Shown: one piece after another, positions 12,011 to 24,300 of the stretch
Position numbering within the stretch: position 1 is the stretch's first letter
How the letters are laid out: each line of letters begins with the position of its first letter
Assembly: GCA_002633005.1 (NCBI GenBank)
Contig: NMRA01000239.1
Span: 189,534-240,444 of the forward strand
DNA length: 50,911 bases
Direction: 5' to 3'
Source of the DNA: Phoronis australis
Lineage: Eukaryota; Animalia; Phoronida
The notes under the pieces: model-generated
The model's database searches: none
Seen by the model: only the letters and a program-made list of their open reading frames with translations
What the model was told of the DNA's origin: nothing
Made by a program: the position numbers and the translations under genes

Positions 12011-13276
12011 CTGGTCCAACACCTTGACATAACGTTTCAGTGAAGGATTTATTCGTTAGAGTAGTTAGCAAATCATGGTGCTGAAGGTATAAGTGACAGA
12101 GAGGTTAAGAGAATGACTGGGATTGGTGGACTTGAGGGTGGGAGAGGTCAGGGCACTTGAGATGAAACTGAAACTTGAAGAACTCTGTTGATTGGTTGAT
12201 CAACCTGGAGGTCAAATATGTTGTTGGCCAATCATGACGTTTGATTGCAACACAACAGAGATGAAACAGCAATTAACATTTGTTGGAATATGTTGGTGCT
12301 CAAAATATTTACAAAACTGTTTGAATGAGTTGATAGGTGAGCTAAGCCATCAATATTGTCACATTAATTGATCAGGATGATGGTCAGATTCTCTGACAAT
12401 AGTACAGCAATTTGGATCACATACAAGTGGTTTTGGTTGCCATTAAGTTGTCATGTTTTTTCATATCAGTTTATGTCAAACGTTTCAATGAATTTGTATA
12501 AATGGTATATGAGATCAGTGGTTGACAAGAGCTCATATTAGTAATAATATAATTTGTCATATGAATATGTCAATCTCAATATAATTTGTCATGCAAGGTT
12601 TACCATCAATCCTGAATATTTTTATTTCTTGTCACTAAGCAATGATAAAATAGGTTTTCCATGAATTCCGCTATAAATTATGATCAGACTATGGCTACTC
12701 CTCATAAGCCCAGTATGAATTCATTTCAACCAAAACAAGGATGTAGTAAATAATCTTCAAACACTGTACATACGCAACTGTTTTTGTGATGATAATTTGA
12801 CAACTTGAAAAGTTATCAATACTACAAGCATATGTGAGGTTTATTCAAGTCCCACTCAGTGCTAATTAAGTAAAGCCAAAATCGCAAACTTAAGTGGTGA
12901 ATCTCTCTACTGAAGCAATCAATTAACTCTATTTGGACCGAGGCTTTATCGCGTGCAAGTTAGGAAAACTAAATCACCATCGTAAAAAAGGGTTATAACA
13001 TAGTTTCCAAGGTGGTGCGGCAGGTGGCATAGGTATGTGAAATTGCGATGGCATGGAGTGAATGTTGAGCACGTCATGAGCAGCAGGGGAGCATATGAAA
13101 TGTCTGGTTCATTGTTTTCAATTTATAATGATTCTACAAAGCTAAATCATTTGTAGATGCAGAGTTTGGAATCAATCTATGTAGTTTCTCATCTCAATTT
13201 AGGTTTCCTAACAGTAGCACTGGTCAAATATTGCCACAGGTTTTCTCGTACTTACCATCAGTATTTGGAAGTGATG

Positions 13277-13282
13277 AATAAA
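13277..13282 (+). promoter_or_regulatory. Candidate polyadenylation signal of ERCC6L
   Basis: AATAAA about 1.27 kb after the stop codon. Confidence 0.35.
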
Positions 13283-13740
13283 CTTACTTGACACAAGGTA
13301 TAGCATGGCTGATTATGTGAGCTATTACGATTATTGTGTGAATATAAAATTACTATCATTGTACAAAAATGTGTGATTTTGATGTAAAACTACTCTCCAC
13401 AACAAGTTTGGAAATTGGCAATCAGTCAGTACACATAAACACTGAACATCAAACTAAGGTTCAAGCACTTTGTTCAAATGAACAAAATTATCTATAAGAC
13501 ATCCGTTACAACTCCTGCATAATATAATATTTACTTCTCTCTACTATTCAGCAGTATTCACCACTTCGTGCGACTTGCTCAAAAAAATTTAGTAAATTTG
13601 CTAATTTTGTTTGTGTACAATATTGACAGCTTGATTACGAAGTTATTTAGAACTTGGGACTGTTGGTGAAATTGCTAGTGGACAACAATACATTCATTCA
13701 AAAGCTCAGACAAGTTTATTTGACTATTTACAATATCAGA

Positions 13741-14010
13741 GGTCAGTTTTATGAAAATTGTCTCGACTCCTGACAGAAATTTGGTCTTACAGTCCAGACC
13801 CACTTCACAATTGTTAAAAAGTTTAGCCAAGTAATTAAGAGTGCATCAGTCAAGGAATAATTTTAATATAGAAATCGTCTCAATAATTAGTTATGCGTAT
13901 ATCCTCAGAGACTAAAAATGAAATGTAATTACTTTTCTGAAATAGTTGTGTGAAGCACACGGCCAAATTTCTGACTTAAGTCTTGAGTCAATTTTCATAG
14001 AACAGAACCC
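13741..14010. mobile_element. About 270-bp MITE of the same TIR family as 6001-6663
   Basis: ggtcagttttatgaaaattg..gaaatttggtcttac / ggccaaatttctgacttaagtcttgagtcaattttcatagaacagaacc; matches 32740-33018. Confidence 0.7.
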
Positions 14011-14894
14011 AGGAGTTAACATGTATGACAACGAATAAAAATGTGTACAAATGGACGGACGCATCCACGTCAATATTCGTACAAAAATAAATAAAAACAT
14101 ATCAAGACCAACATAGCTCTTCGCGATAAATAACATCCCACTTATATCAGTTTAAAAAATTAAAAGCCACCAACTTGGACAAAAAACTGCAAATGTACAA
14201 TACAGGTCTTTATTGTGCATCCTACCTTCCACTTGTAACATCACAACAGTGTTAGACAGTGTGACATTCTTGTGTATTGGCCGTGAACTAGTAATTCAAC
14301 ACTTCACGGCCACTAGATAGCCTACTATTCCAAGGTTATATTGCAGAGGGTGGGTAGGTGCACTTTTAAAGTGGCAAAACAGGTTCATTTGGCTTGGTTC
14401 TAAGTTGCAGACAATTTGAATTTCTGTGAAGGAAGGCTTAGAAAATGTAAAGCATATGTTGAAAAACAATTCATCTTTTGTTTTTCTGTAACTATCGTAC
14501 TCCACCTTCAAACAGTAATAGTCGCATATAATGTGCCTGGGTTTTGAGAACCAGTTTTCTCCATTGAATAATAGGCATCAAACTGGTTCACAAAATGTTG
14601 GCACGTCATATATGACTATTGTCCTTATGAACTACATCAGCAGAGTTTCCACTAAAACTCTTTAGCTCAGATGCCGCCCAGTTGTGCTGCCTTTTGACGA
14701 CTAACAAATCTGGAATGTCCTTTCGTTTACACAGATCTAACCTAGAAACTGGTTCCTAGATCTAACAAAACATTTTACTAGGCAGTCCGAATACTAAAAA
14801 ATACACAAAGGTGAGAATATAATCAAGGATTTGTAGTTACTTTCAGTTGCTCAATGTCCTCAGATCTTTGACTGTATTTAATACAGTTCAGTGT

Positions 14895-15005
14895 TTACAT
14901 ATCCTCAGGAGGCAGCGTCTCAGTCAACTTCAATTCACAACACAGACAGTTGACAGTGTCACATTCGTTGGGAGGACAAGCACAGTTACAGTTACAGGCC
15001 CCACA
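14895..15005 (-). CDS. Cys-rich TM protein, last exon B (CGACNCNCACPPNECDTVNCLCCELKLTETLPPEDM*)
   Basis: tttttatttcag acceptor, phase 0; clear paralogue of the Cys block in exon A; ends in TAA; absent from the ORF track. Confidence 0.85.
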   Translation of the reverse strand, partial: CGACNCNCACPPNECDTVNCLCCELKLTETLPPEDM

Positions 15006-16560
15006 CTGAAATAAAAATACAGACATTTTTCCTCAAGTCTTGCCAAGTTAATAATTTCATACTGGTCCTTGTTAACTCCTAGGAGGCTCAAATTAGGAAC
15101 TCAAAAATCAGGTTGAGGTTGGCATTTACCCAAATGGTTAGGAAGAAGTAATTTTGATGAGTTCTAGTCTCGTATAGCTATGTATCAAGTTCGAGGTCAT
15201 TAAATTTTATGGAAAAACTTATTTTGCAAATTTAAGAATGCAGTATAATTTTGTTAACTAAATGTTACTAAACAGGATGTCACTATTACAACAAATTTTG
15301 AATGAGTGCAAACATGCCATCAAGTGCCGGCCAATATGCCCTCAGTACAAGTTAATATGAGGAGACGACTTACACGAACTTTTGCAAGTAATTAATAGAC
15401 TGATCTGCCTCTGCAGACAACACCACATTACGATTGGTTAACCATTGAAACTATTTTTTCACTAATTGCTAAAACGTTTTTCTACCAGTTAAAAAAGTGC
15501 AACCTTACAGTTAGTAGACATATCTACAACATTCTCCAAAAATATCCCATAATATACGCAAGTACGCCAACCAGAGTAAACTTAAAGCTATGCACAAGCC
15601 CTTCATGCAATGCTAACAGAGGCATGCAATGCACTGGCAGACGCCTACATTAAACAACTCATGGTGAACAAAGAACACAAAATATGGAGCCACTGTGGGA
15701 CAGAGCAAATCAACATTTTAACATTTAAAGAAACAAATAATCAATGACTTTGACTAGGCAGATATCATGCTTACTGGTAAAGACAAGTACAAATGTTTAA
15801 ATTTACCAATAAATTGCAGTCAGTGGCAGATTACAGACCAACCCTACATTCACATAAAAATCACGTAACGATCAAGAGATGCAATGATTCAATAAAAGAG
15901 AGGGGTGAAAGTTTGTCAGGAGTATGGACCAGAGTTGTAGCCAAATTCATCTCTGTTATCCCTGGATTTGTTTTATTTCAACGCTGACTAAAAAATAATT
16001 CTGACAATAATTTGGTAACTGGCGATGTTTTAAAAGTAAAAAGCAACATTTGCACTAAATATATAAAGGTTACAGTAAATATTTTCATCACCTATTACCT
16101 CTGTTATTGCTGCCAAAATGAGAAATCCAACATTTTGTAGGAATGGAGACACAGTCGTAATCAAACATCCTCATACAGGGTAATGCACCCACAATATACG
16201 TAGTAAAAATTTGAGATTACAAAAACTTTGAGGCTCTTACTTTCATTGTGTCCCACTTTGGCAAAGAAAGTTGTTAAAAATTTAGTTAACTAAAATGTTG
16301 AAAAGAATAAATTGAGCATGCACATCTATCAAAATGGGACAAGAATAATGAAATTAAGTTAAAAAAAGAAAAAGGTTACTGTCCGTCATCATCATTACTG
16401 ATGAGTGAATTTAAGGTGACCGTCTACCTTTGTTATCAAATATCAACTTCTCAACCATTAATAGTAAACCCATAAAACCATTTATACCACATCAGCCTCG
16501 AATGGCCAATACAATCGTGTAATAACTCATTTAGTTATCTCACTAGTGAAATAACATTTT

Positions 16561-16640
16561 GGCTGTAACCGAGGCCGGTTTCGAACCCGGGCCACAAGAG
16601 TTTCGGGTCGTCGACTTTACCACTCCACCACTAAGCGGCT
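16561..16640 (-). mobile_element. tRNA-like SINE head
   Basis: Minus strand tagtggtggagtggtaaag (A box) and ccgggttcgaaaccgg (B box, T stem-loop). Confidence 0.6.
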
Positions 16641-17183
16641 GACATCGTCGAACGTGAAAATAGAATACTTAAATGAGCACGCGCAAACAATCGCATGTTC
16701 AACACAGAGCATTGTACCGACATTTATACGCTATGAAAAATAAGACGCATAATTTCCATAAAAACGATATTTTAATTCAGTGAATTTTTTCTCTCGTGTT
16801 CTCTCACTTGTAAATCACCGATCTCCAATTTAAAGGCGGGTATCGTGTTGTCGGGATCCTTTGAATTGAGCATTATACTCAGTTACCAGTGGTAACCTTT
16901 AGCAGACGATATTTTCATGGTCGAAGCTTAGTGTGATAAAATGTGTAGTAAGCTATAATAGTTGCTAAACCTTAATTTATAGATTCACTTTATTTCTATT
17001 TTGTTTAAATTCTCATTTGGTTTTGAGTAAAAGCATTATTTAACAAAAATAGCTAGGCTTTTCTTAAAAGGTCACAACCTCCGACCCCAGGCCTCTGACA
17101 TAGAAAGTAGTTACAAAGCCAAGGCGAGTCGAGAAAGGTACATCGATTCATTGCAATGTTTCTCGTTCAGTATGTGGTATAAA

Positions 17184-17347
17184 TAGATTATTACATGTTC
17201 TCAGTTGTTATCCCCCTTATCTAGAGCCCTCGAGGATTTTGGAGCATTATCACTCTCGGGGCTAACACCCCACGGGTGATAATTCTCCAAAATCCACTCG
17301 GATTCTAGAATATGGGAGATATCAACATCGCCATGTAATAATCTGTC
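17184..17347. mobile_element. About 165-bp hairpin MITE
   Basis: tagattattacatg / catgtaataatctg termini, with internal inverted ggattttggag..ttatcac / gtgataa..ctccaaaatcc. Confidence 0.7.
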
Positions 17348-18307
17348 TATATTTTTAAAATCCTTGAGAATCAGAAAATCTCATTTTGTGCATGAAAACA
17401 ATGTTCACTGATTCATTATCAGTTGACTGCTTTTTTGTAAAAAAAATCACAATTTTTCACGGAGTTAGCCGTATTTTCCACAATTTATTTTTTATTCAAA
17501 ACTTTCAAATTCTGTTTCTTTGTTCTATTAGGTACAAAACAGAGTCTGGGATTTTCTTTTCAGGCCTTTGAGCCCGAGAAATTCCATGTCAAAAATCAAG
17601 ATTTCCGTTTTTTCAAAAAATATTGATGCATTAATTTTGACAGGAGATTTCTCGGGCAAACAGGCCTTCAAAGGGAATTCCAGACGCCGTTTTGTACCTA
17701 CTAGAAAAAAAGAAACAGAATTTTTAGGTTTTGAAAAATAGGGTCATCTCCATGAAAAATGCAATGTTAAAAGTCATGTGATCATGAACATCTGAACATT
17801 GTTTTCATGCACATAATAAGATTCTGTGATACCCAATGATTTTAAAAATACAAACATAGTTTTATACGTCTACTATTAATAGTTCAAAAATTTTTTAAAA
17901 AATCAAATCTTTGGTAATGTAGGTAGACAGTGATCTTAATCATACCATTGTGAAATAAGTTAAACTTCTCCTGAAAGTTACAAATAGAAGACAGACAAAT
18001 TATGGACAGCTACCTAGAATATGAAATAATATTAACAGAATGAAATTAATAAGAACAAGATGAAATATGAAGCCAAGTACAGAACAGATGGTGTTATTTA
18101 AAAATGTTTTCAAGCAGAAGTGTCAAAGGTTAACGTCAGCACAGTGAACTGAAAAAGAAGTCCGTGTTAAACTCAAGCCAAGGTGCCAAAGTGCAAATTC
18201 ATGCAGAGTCCTGTGAAAGGCTAAGTAGACCTACAGAGGAAATGAGACAACGGATACACAATCTGCAGTAAGTTGGTAGTAACAGAGTCACTCAACCTGA
18301 AATAACA

Positions 18308-18733
18308 TCAAGAGGGAGGTGCTCCTCTAGCCAGGAAAGCACTGTTGATGTTGCCCTGTCTCTCTGGTAGGGGGCGCCCACCAGCGCTGGGATAGCCACG
18401 ACCACCCCCACCCCCTGCGTTGCCAGAATACCCCCTCTGCTGAGGAGGGTAATCATGGCCGCCCCCTGCTCTGGCACTGCCAGGGTACCCTCTCTGCTGG
18501 GGAGGGTAATTGTAGCCCCCTCTACCCTCGCCCTCAGGGTACCCTCTCTGCGGGGGAGGGTAATTGTAGCCCCCTCTACCCTCACCCTCAGGGTACCCCC
18601 TCTGCTGAGAGGGGTAATTGTTATAGCGGGGGGTGGCAGGATTCATTGGCTGTTTGATCTGAATCTCGCAACAACAGCAGTTGATCGTGTCGCACTCCGG
18701 TGCCTGGCAGTTACAGTTGCAGCCTTCACAACA
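18308..18733 (-). CDS. Cys-rich TM protein, last exon A (CCEGCNCNCQAPECDTINCCCCEIQIK plus G/Y/P/Q/R repeat tail)
   Basis: cccatttcag acceptor, phase 0; 141 codons then TGA; same frame as ORF 18308..18799. Confidence 0.85.
   Translation of the reverse strand, partial: CCEGCNCNCQAPECDTINCCCCEIQIKQPMNPATPRYNNYPSQQRGYPEGEGRGGYNYPPPQRGYPEGEGRGGYNYPPQQRGYPGSARAGGGHDYPPQQRGYSGNAGGGGGRGYPSAGGRPLPERQGNINSAFLARGAPPS
18405..18625 (-). repeat. Coding 54-bp (18-aa) tandem repeat, about 4 units (YNYPPQQRGYPEGEGRGG)
   Basis: Repeats visible in both DNA and protein within last exon A. Confidence 0.9.
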
Positions 18734-19038
18734 CTGAAATGGGAGGAGATGTAGTGAAATCCTGGTCACATGACAGGGTTGAACGTGATGACCAACCATG
18801 TAGGAAATCGTTTAGAAGAGTTAATTTAATATCAATTCGTCAAACTATTGTAATGAACAAGAAGTTGCACCTGATGGAATATTGCCATTGTTTGAAACTA
18901 AAAATGTTGATTTGTTTGATTGTGTGTTTAAAAGCACACAATACAAGCAGTGGTTGAGTACTACTTGTTGTATGGGAGAAGAAAACAAATTCAAAAATGG
19001 CTAAAAAATATTTGCTACAATCTCGGGGTGTAACTTAC

Positions 19039-19119
19039 ATCACATCCATTCTCTCCACAGCAACTCTTGCAACACTCAGCACAACACTGGCACGCTACAA
19101 TGTCTCCGCAGTCATAGTG
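19039..19119 (-). CDS. Cys-rich TM protein exon (HYDCGDIVACQCCAECCKSCCGENGCD)
   Basis: ttccatttcag acceptor, gtaagt donor; 81 nt, phase 0-0; 9 Cys. Confidence 0.88.
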
Positions 19120-21138
19120 CTGAAATGGAACAAAAAAGTCTTAAAACTATTACGCATACAGACCAATGGATCAATTGCCGAGAAACAACCAGTTTAACCT
19201 TTTAGTCGTTACCGCTGATACACACATCATATATATACCAAATGTCAAAATTTGCCATATCCATTAGTTTCTGTCAATCATTCATTCATATTACCTAAAG
19301 AAAGTTGAACAGCTCACTTAGTATATTTGAGCAGTTGGAGACTTAAGTTAAGCAGCTGCGTTTCAACAGAACACAGGTAATATCTGTGGCAAAAGGTCAA
19401 TTTTAGAAAAAAAACTCCTCAAACATATGTACACACTTCGCAGTTAACTTAATCTGGAGCTAATACTGCCCCTTTGCCAATACTCTACACATGAATGCTG
19501 TAGAGCCTTGCAGTTATAACATTGTCGTGCTACTGTGACCATGGCAAACAGTTAAATCTGCACGAACTTGACATTTATACACACAAGTGAATATCATGCG
19601 CATGAGCATATATTCATGGGAAGATTGGGAATCGACCTAAGGAAATTAAAGGTTCCAAAATTTAGTGCGCAGACGACTTATTCTGAGTCTGTAATAAGTT
19701 TACAGCTATTCCCATCCAGTGTACATGCCATAAAACCTGCTCAATAAGCATGGACAAATGTTTAGACATTCAAATGGGTAAATGAAATTCAGTTAGACCA
19801 CTGCTGAACTATCATTTCCTTGTCTGATCTAAACAGTCAGGCTAACAGAGCTTCCTTTAACACAAATAGAAACAAGTAGAAACCATTCTTATTTGATTAG
19901 GTCAGTGACAGAGGTGAAGAAAACTATGCTACGCAACTGGGAGCGGAGAGTAGAGCAGGCAGGGTATGAGTAAAAAACATTTAAACACGATGGTCGAAAA
20001 AGTAGGTGTCCATGAAATTTCGTCAATGTATAATGAATGAACAACGTTTAAGTTGCAAGCAAAAAGGTGAAAATCTAACCTACCTAAATGTAAATATCAA
20101 AGATTGTTAGCAATGAAAGCATGTCTTTGAGTGTTGAAACATTATGAGCAGTTACAAGACTGCATTACTAAACAATGTGTTACAGGTAATACGTTCGCTC
20201 TTAAATTCAATGAATGCATTGAAAAATTCAGTGAATACATTGAAAAAGTCAGTGACTACATTAACAAAATTCAGTGGATTTGTTGCTCATACAAAAATTC
20301 AGCAAATACATTGCTCTTGCACAAAGTAGGTGTTTGCAACTTCAGCGCTTGAATCAACAGTCAGTTGAAAAAATTAAACAACATCATCAGACATACAATG
20401 ACTTCACTGAAAACACGACACAGCTTTGTTGCTTCCAAAACTCAGTGATACCTATCTTTAGTGATTGAAATTTCCTTTGACAATCACCTCGAAACAAAAC
20501 CATGCAACAACAAATTTACGTGTTTTCAATGAAATGAGTTAAAAGAGCTTAAGTGTGTCAGTACAATGGTTGAAAAGTGAAAAATAGTCACCAAATCTTG
20601 TCATTTAGTGCAGCCCATTTGAAATGTTTAACAGCAGACAGTTACATTCATTATGAAGCATACAATAATGCAATAGCTAAACAATAAAAAATAACTCCGT
20701 TCCACTTACAATCGTGCAAAAGCCACTTCGTCATCAAAAAATAAAAATTTCCATCATCAGCATGCAATGCATTACCATGTCAGAAAATGAACCAATGAAC
20801 TATGAAACGCTTCCGTTTCAAAAAAGAAATCAGAAATCTGAGAACCTTATCAAAACCAAAAAATGCATGTAAGGTACGTAGAAAATTCTGCTAACTTTTC
20901 ATTAGTTGCAGGGTTTACTTCCTAGCTTTATTACACTCATTGACTGCAAACATTTGTGAAGCTTCTCAGAGTGCATTGTTTTCACAAATTTGTCATAACT
21001 GTAATACATATTGAGAAGTATCAAACGACAACAAGATGTGTCGTAGTCCCCGCCCCCCACAACAATAGTGTACAACACTCCCATGACCAGGTAGTTATAG
21101 TCAAGCAAGGTGCAGGAGTCACTTAGTGTATACTGTAC

Positions 21139-21156
21139 CTGACAGCAGCCTCCCTT
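21139..21156 (-). CDS. Candidate 18-nt microexon (KGGCCQ) of the Cys-rich TM protein
   Basis: tttttccatccaacag acceptor, CAG|gtacag donor; frame-preserving and contains a CC pair. Confidence 0.5.
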
Positions 21157-22568
21157 CTGTTGGATGGAAAAATTACACAGACAAAACATGAATGAAACAG
21201 AGTGCAACAGTACAGGGAAATGGCTAATGACCAATGCTGTGGACATAAAGGGAAACATAAGACCTGGGGTGTTTGTCTAACATCAGGGGGGACAATTACA
21301 GATGATGGTTCTACCACGAGATGTATATTTTAACAGAGCAGCACAATTTTCGTTGAAGGTAACTCAGGCTTGTATAAAAGAAAACAAGTACGGTCGTTCT
21401 TAGAATATTATTTTTACCCTCACCAAATCCTCACTTCTCTGAGGTAGGCAGGACTGTTGCCAAAATGCCTCAGTTGTCCAGGTATTTTTCATTTTTACAC
21501 TCAAAATAGAATTCTTCAGTTAGGATGCAAATAAAATCTTTTGAGCTACGTATGGCAAGATGCACGAGGAAAACAAACTTTCAACTTAAAACTTCATTTA
21601 GCCCTCAGTGCTCAACACGGGCGAGAGTCTGCGCACGAAAACAGGAGTGACTCGCATTCCTGGATTTGTTTTAGTAAAAAGTTATGATAAAAAACCAAGA
21701 AAGAAAAACGCCAGATACCCGCACTCGTACAAGTGATACAAGTGAGGCCAATATTCCGCTCATATTTTACTTTTTCCACTCGCACTTTCGAACGTTTACT
21801 CGCTTATGTCGAGCCTTAGACCTATTAACCAATAACCAATTAACGCATTAACTCTGAATGGTTCATAAAATAATAAAATATAAAATCCATGAAATGCAAT
21901 GGCAATTTTACAATCCTAAATTCAACTTTTCTCAAAAAGATACCAACCAATATTTTTTCAACCTTTTTACTTTTGATGCATGAACTACTAAAAAGCTTAC
22001 AATTCCTGTTGACTACAAACACATTCGTGATTACTGGTGATTGAAATAACAAATGTTTTGTGGTGTCAAGAGAAACAGCTATATAACTCAGATAGTAGAT
22101 TTGTCATCAAAAATCTGGTCCAGTCTTATTCTTATTGGAATAAGAAAAGATTTCTCAGCATCAGGGGGTGAGCTAACGCTTTGTTAGTGCTTGAAACCAC
22201 GGTCAACGCACATATTGACCTGCTACGATAAGTCAACACTGAGCATGGCTTCAAACAAAAATGAATTGCCAGCTCATCCCAAGTCTCAAAACACACTTTA
22301 ATCTTAGTAAGGAAGAAATTGAGAACAGTTTTGTAACAGTGACTGTTCTGCTCAAGGGTATTTTTAACAAAGGCAGAATTGTAGCCATTTTAATACTCAA
22401 AAATAAACATCTTGATTCATTAAGTTCAAGACTGAAGATGTAAATAATAATTTGAAAAATATCATACACACATGTATGGATGTGAGTTTGGGTTTCTCCA
22501 TAATGAAAAAAAAAACAAGAGAGTGTACAAAACTAAAAATTTCACTGAAAAATCACACTTCAACATAC

Positions 22569-22718
22569 CCTTCTCTGTGGGCAGATAGAGTCCAAGCAGA
22601 CGGTAATGTTGGGCGACTGACAACAGTTGCATGACTCACAGCACGATATCCAACACTCACAGCAGTAGACCTCACCTTCCTGTCCACAGCAGGCTGCAGA
22701 GTGCCACATGTTACGTTT
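22569..22718 (-). CDS. Cys-rich TM protein exon (KRNMWHSAACCGQEGEVYCCECWISCCESCNCCQSPNITVCLDSICPQRR)
   Basis: tttgtag acceptor, gtatgt donor; 150 nt, phase 0-0; 12 Cys in 50 aa. Confidence 0.88.
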
Positions 22719-22880
22719 CTACAAACAACAAAACACTAGTAACAATGCTAGTACCAGTAATGGAAATAAACATAACAACAATGAAAATAGCACTTCATAC
22801 TTCACACTCAAGAGATTCGAGAAATGTCGGTCAAAGGCAAACGATTAAAAAACATTGTACAGGCATAGAAAGTGCTTGAT

Positions 22881-22995
22881 GCAGTGTGGCCTAGTGGGAT
22901 AAGTGTCCACTTCCTTTACTGAACGTCGTGTGTTCAAGTACCACTGGAACACACTGCTAGACCCTAGAGTGAGGTCTCTAGCTCCTCAGTTCGGT
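22881..22995 (+). mobile_element. Degenerate tRNA-derived SINE
   Basis: A box tggcctagtgg, B box gtgttcaagtacc, followed by a core-like gaccctagagtgagg..cctcagtt segment. Confidence 0.55.
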
Positions 22996-23169
22996 TTTAT
23001 CTATATCTGTATAATATTAATGGAGCATAACAGGAGCAACGCAGAACATTGAAATGCCCCTATGACTGCATCACAAATGGTGGAGTGTTTATTAGTATCA
23101 CAAAAATAGCCATTAGACACATCAAGGAACTCTGAAATTACAGACGCAAACATAAAACTATAATTGCCA

Positions 23170-24300
23170 CTACAGGGCACAGCTGTAGGTGGACTTATTT
23201 GAAACTTGTTGTCATATGTTGCCATCTCCATTGAAACACATCTGCTAAATTTCAAAGAGATCTTGCAAAGGGTGAACTTGATACAGTCGTGGATACAAAA
23301 ATGCAACTAAGGGGCACCAGAGTACACAAACACATCCATAAATCAACATTAGCCTCCATCTTCTCATCAAAAACACATCTCCCTATTTTAATTATGATCC
23401 TTCAAGCGGTTTGGTGGATGGAGAGGATGATGTCAAAACGTACTAAAAATGTTCAAAATGGCCACCGGGTGGCGCAGAATACACCAAATTTGTCCTCAAA
23501 TAAGAAGGCATTGTCCTCACTTTACTAAAACAAAATTTCACGATAATAAAAATGGACACTATACGTTGAATTTATCCAAAAACGAGAACCAATTTGTTAA
23601 ATTTCATAAAAATCCATCAAGGTGTTTCAAAGACACAGAAGACAATGGAAAAAGCTAAATTGCCACTAAGGGGGTTACAGCAGTAGTTGGATCCGTCCAA
23701 ATGTCGTCGCCATTCGTTGTCAACTTCATACAAATAAATTTGCCAAATTTAATAGAGATACTGCAGAGGGTTTAGAAGATACAGCCATAGATGCAAAAAA
23801 CGGCCAATACCAGGTGCCACTGACAATAGTTGGAGTCATCCAAACATCATCACCAGCCGTCCTCTTCACACTATAAACATACACGCCAATTTTCACAATC
23901 ATCCTCAGTGTGGTTTGGTTGATAGATGGGTGGATGACAAAAAACAACCCGAAAACACAAAAAATGACCACTAGGTGGTGCAAAATACCCGCAAATCCAT
24001 TCAAAAACAAGAAGGTAGCGTCATCTCACTAATAGATAGTAATTTGCTAAATTTTATGAAAATCCGTTAAGGACCTCTGAAGATAGAGTTAAACATAAAA
24101 AGCTAAAATTGCCATTAGGGACCAATCCATCCAAAAATTCGCTAACGGTGTACCATCCATGTGAGGATTAAAACACATCTGTAAAATTTCATGAACATGG
24201 AGATGGAGCAGCAGATGACAGACGCCGCACGGACGGACGGATGGACAGGTATGACGGCATAATTTATGTATAAAAATGATTCCAGGTGATCAGAGCAATG
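23170..24300 (+). mobile_element. About 1.1-kb element of diverged subrepeats ending in a (GACG)n microsatellite; HINE/Pearl-like
   Basis: Recurring aaattt(c/t)at.aaaatcc..caagg and aaaagctaaattgcca blocks; cggacggacggatggacag at about 24229-24248. Confidence 0.65.

Larger units (their letters stand above)
16415..17935. mobile_element. Kolobok-like fold-back element with TTAA target duplication and nested insertions
   Basis: ttaa|ggtgaccgtctacct ... aggtagacagtgatc|ttaa; 17350-17595 is inverted to 17635-17850. Confidence 0.75.

Noticed and set aside
15613-15644. Possible third last exon (GVCQCIACLC*) on the minus strand
   Set aside because: It is phase 1 and would need an internal donor at 22676 of the 150-nt exon; the acceptor is weak, the segment is short, and Cys codons arise easily from tgc/tgt-rich sequence.
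18292-18754. Alternative-frame ORFs over the 54-bp repeat
   Set aside because: By-products of a GC-rich repeat poor in stop codons; only the frame continuing the Cys block fits the acceptor phase.
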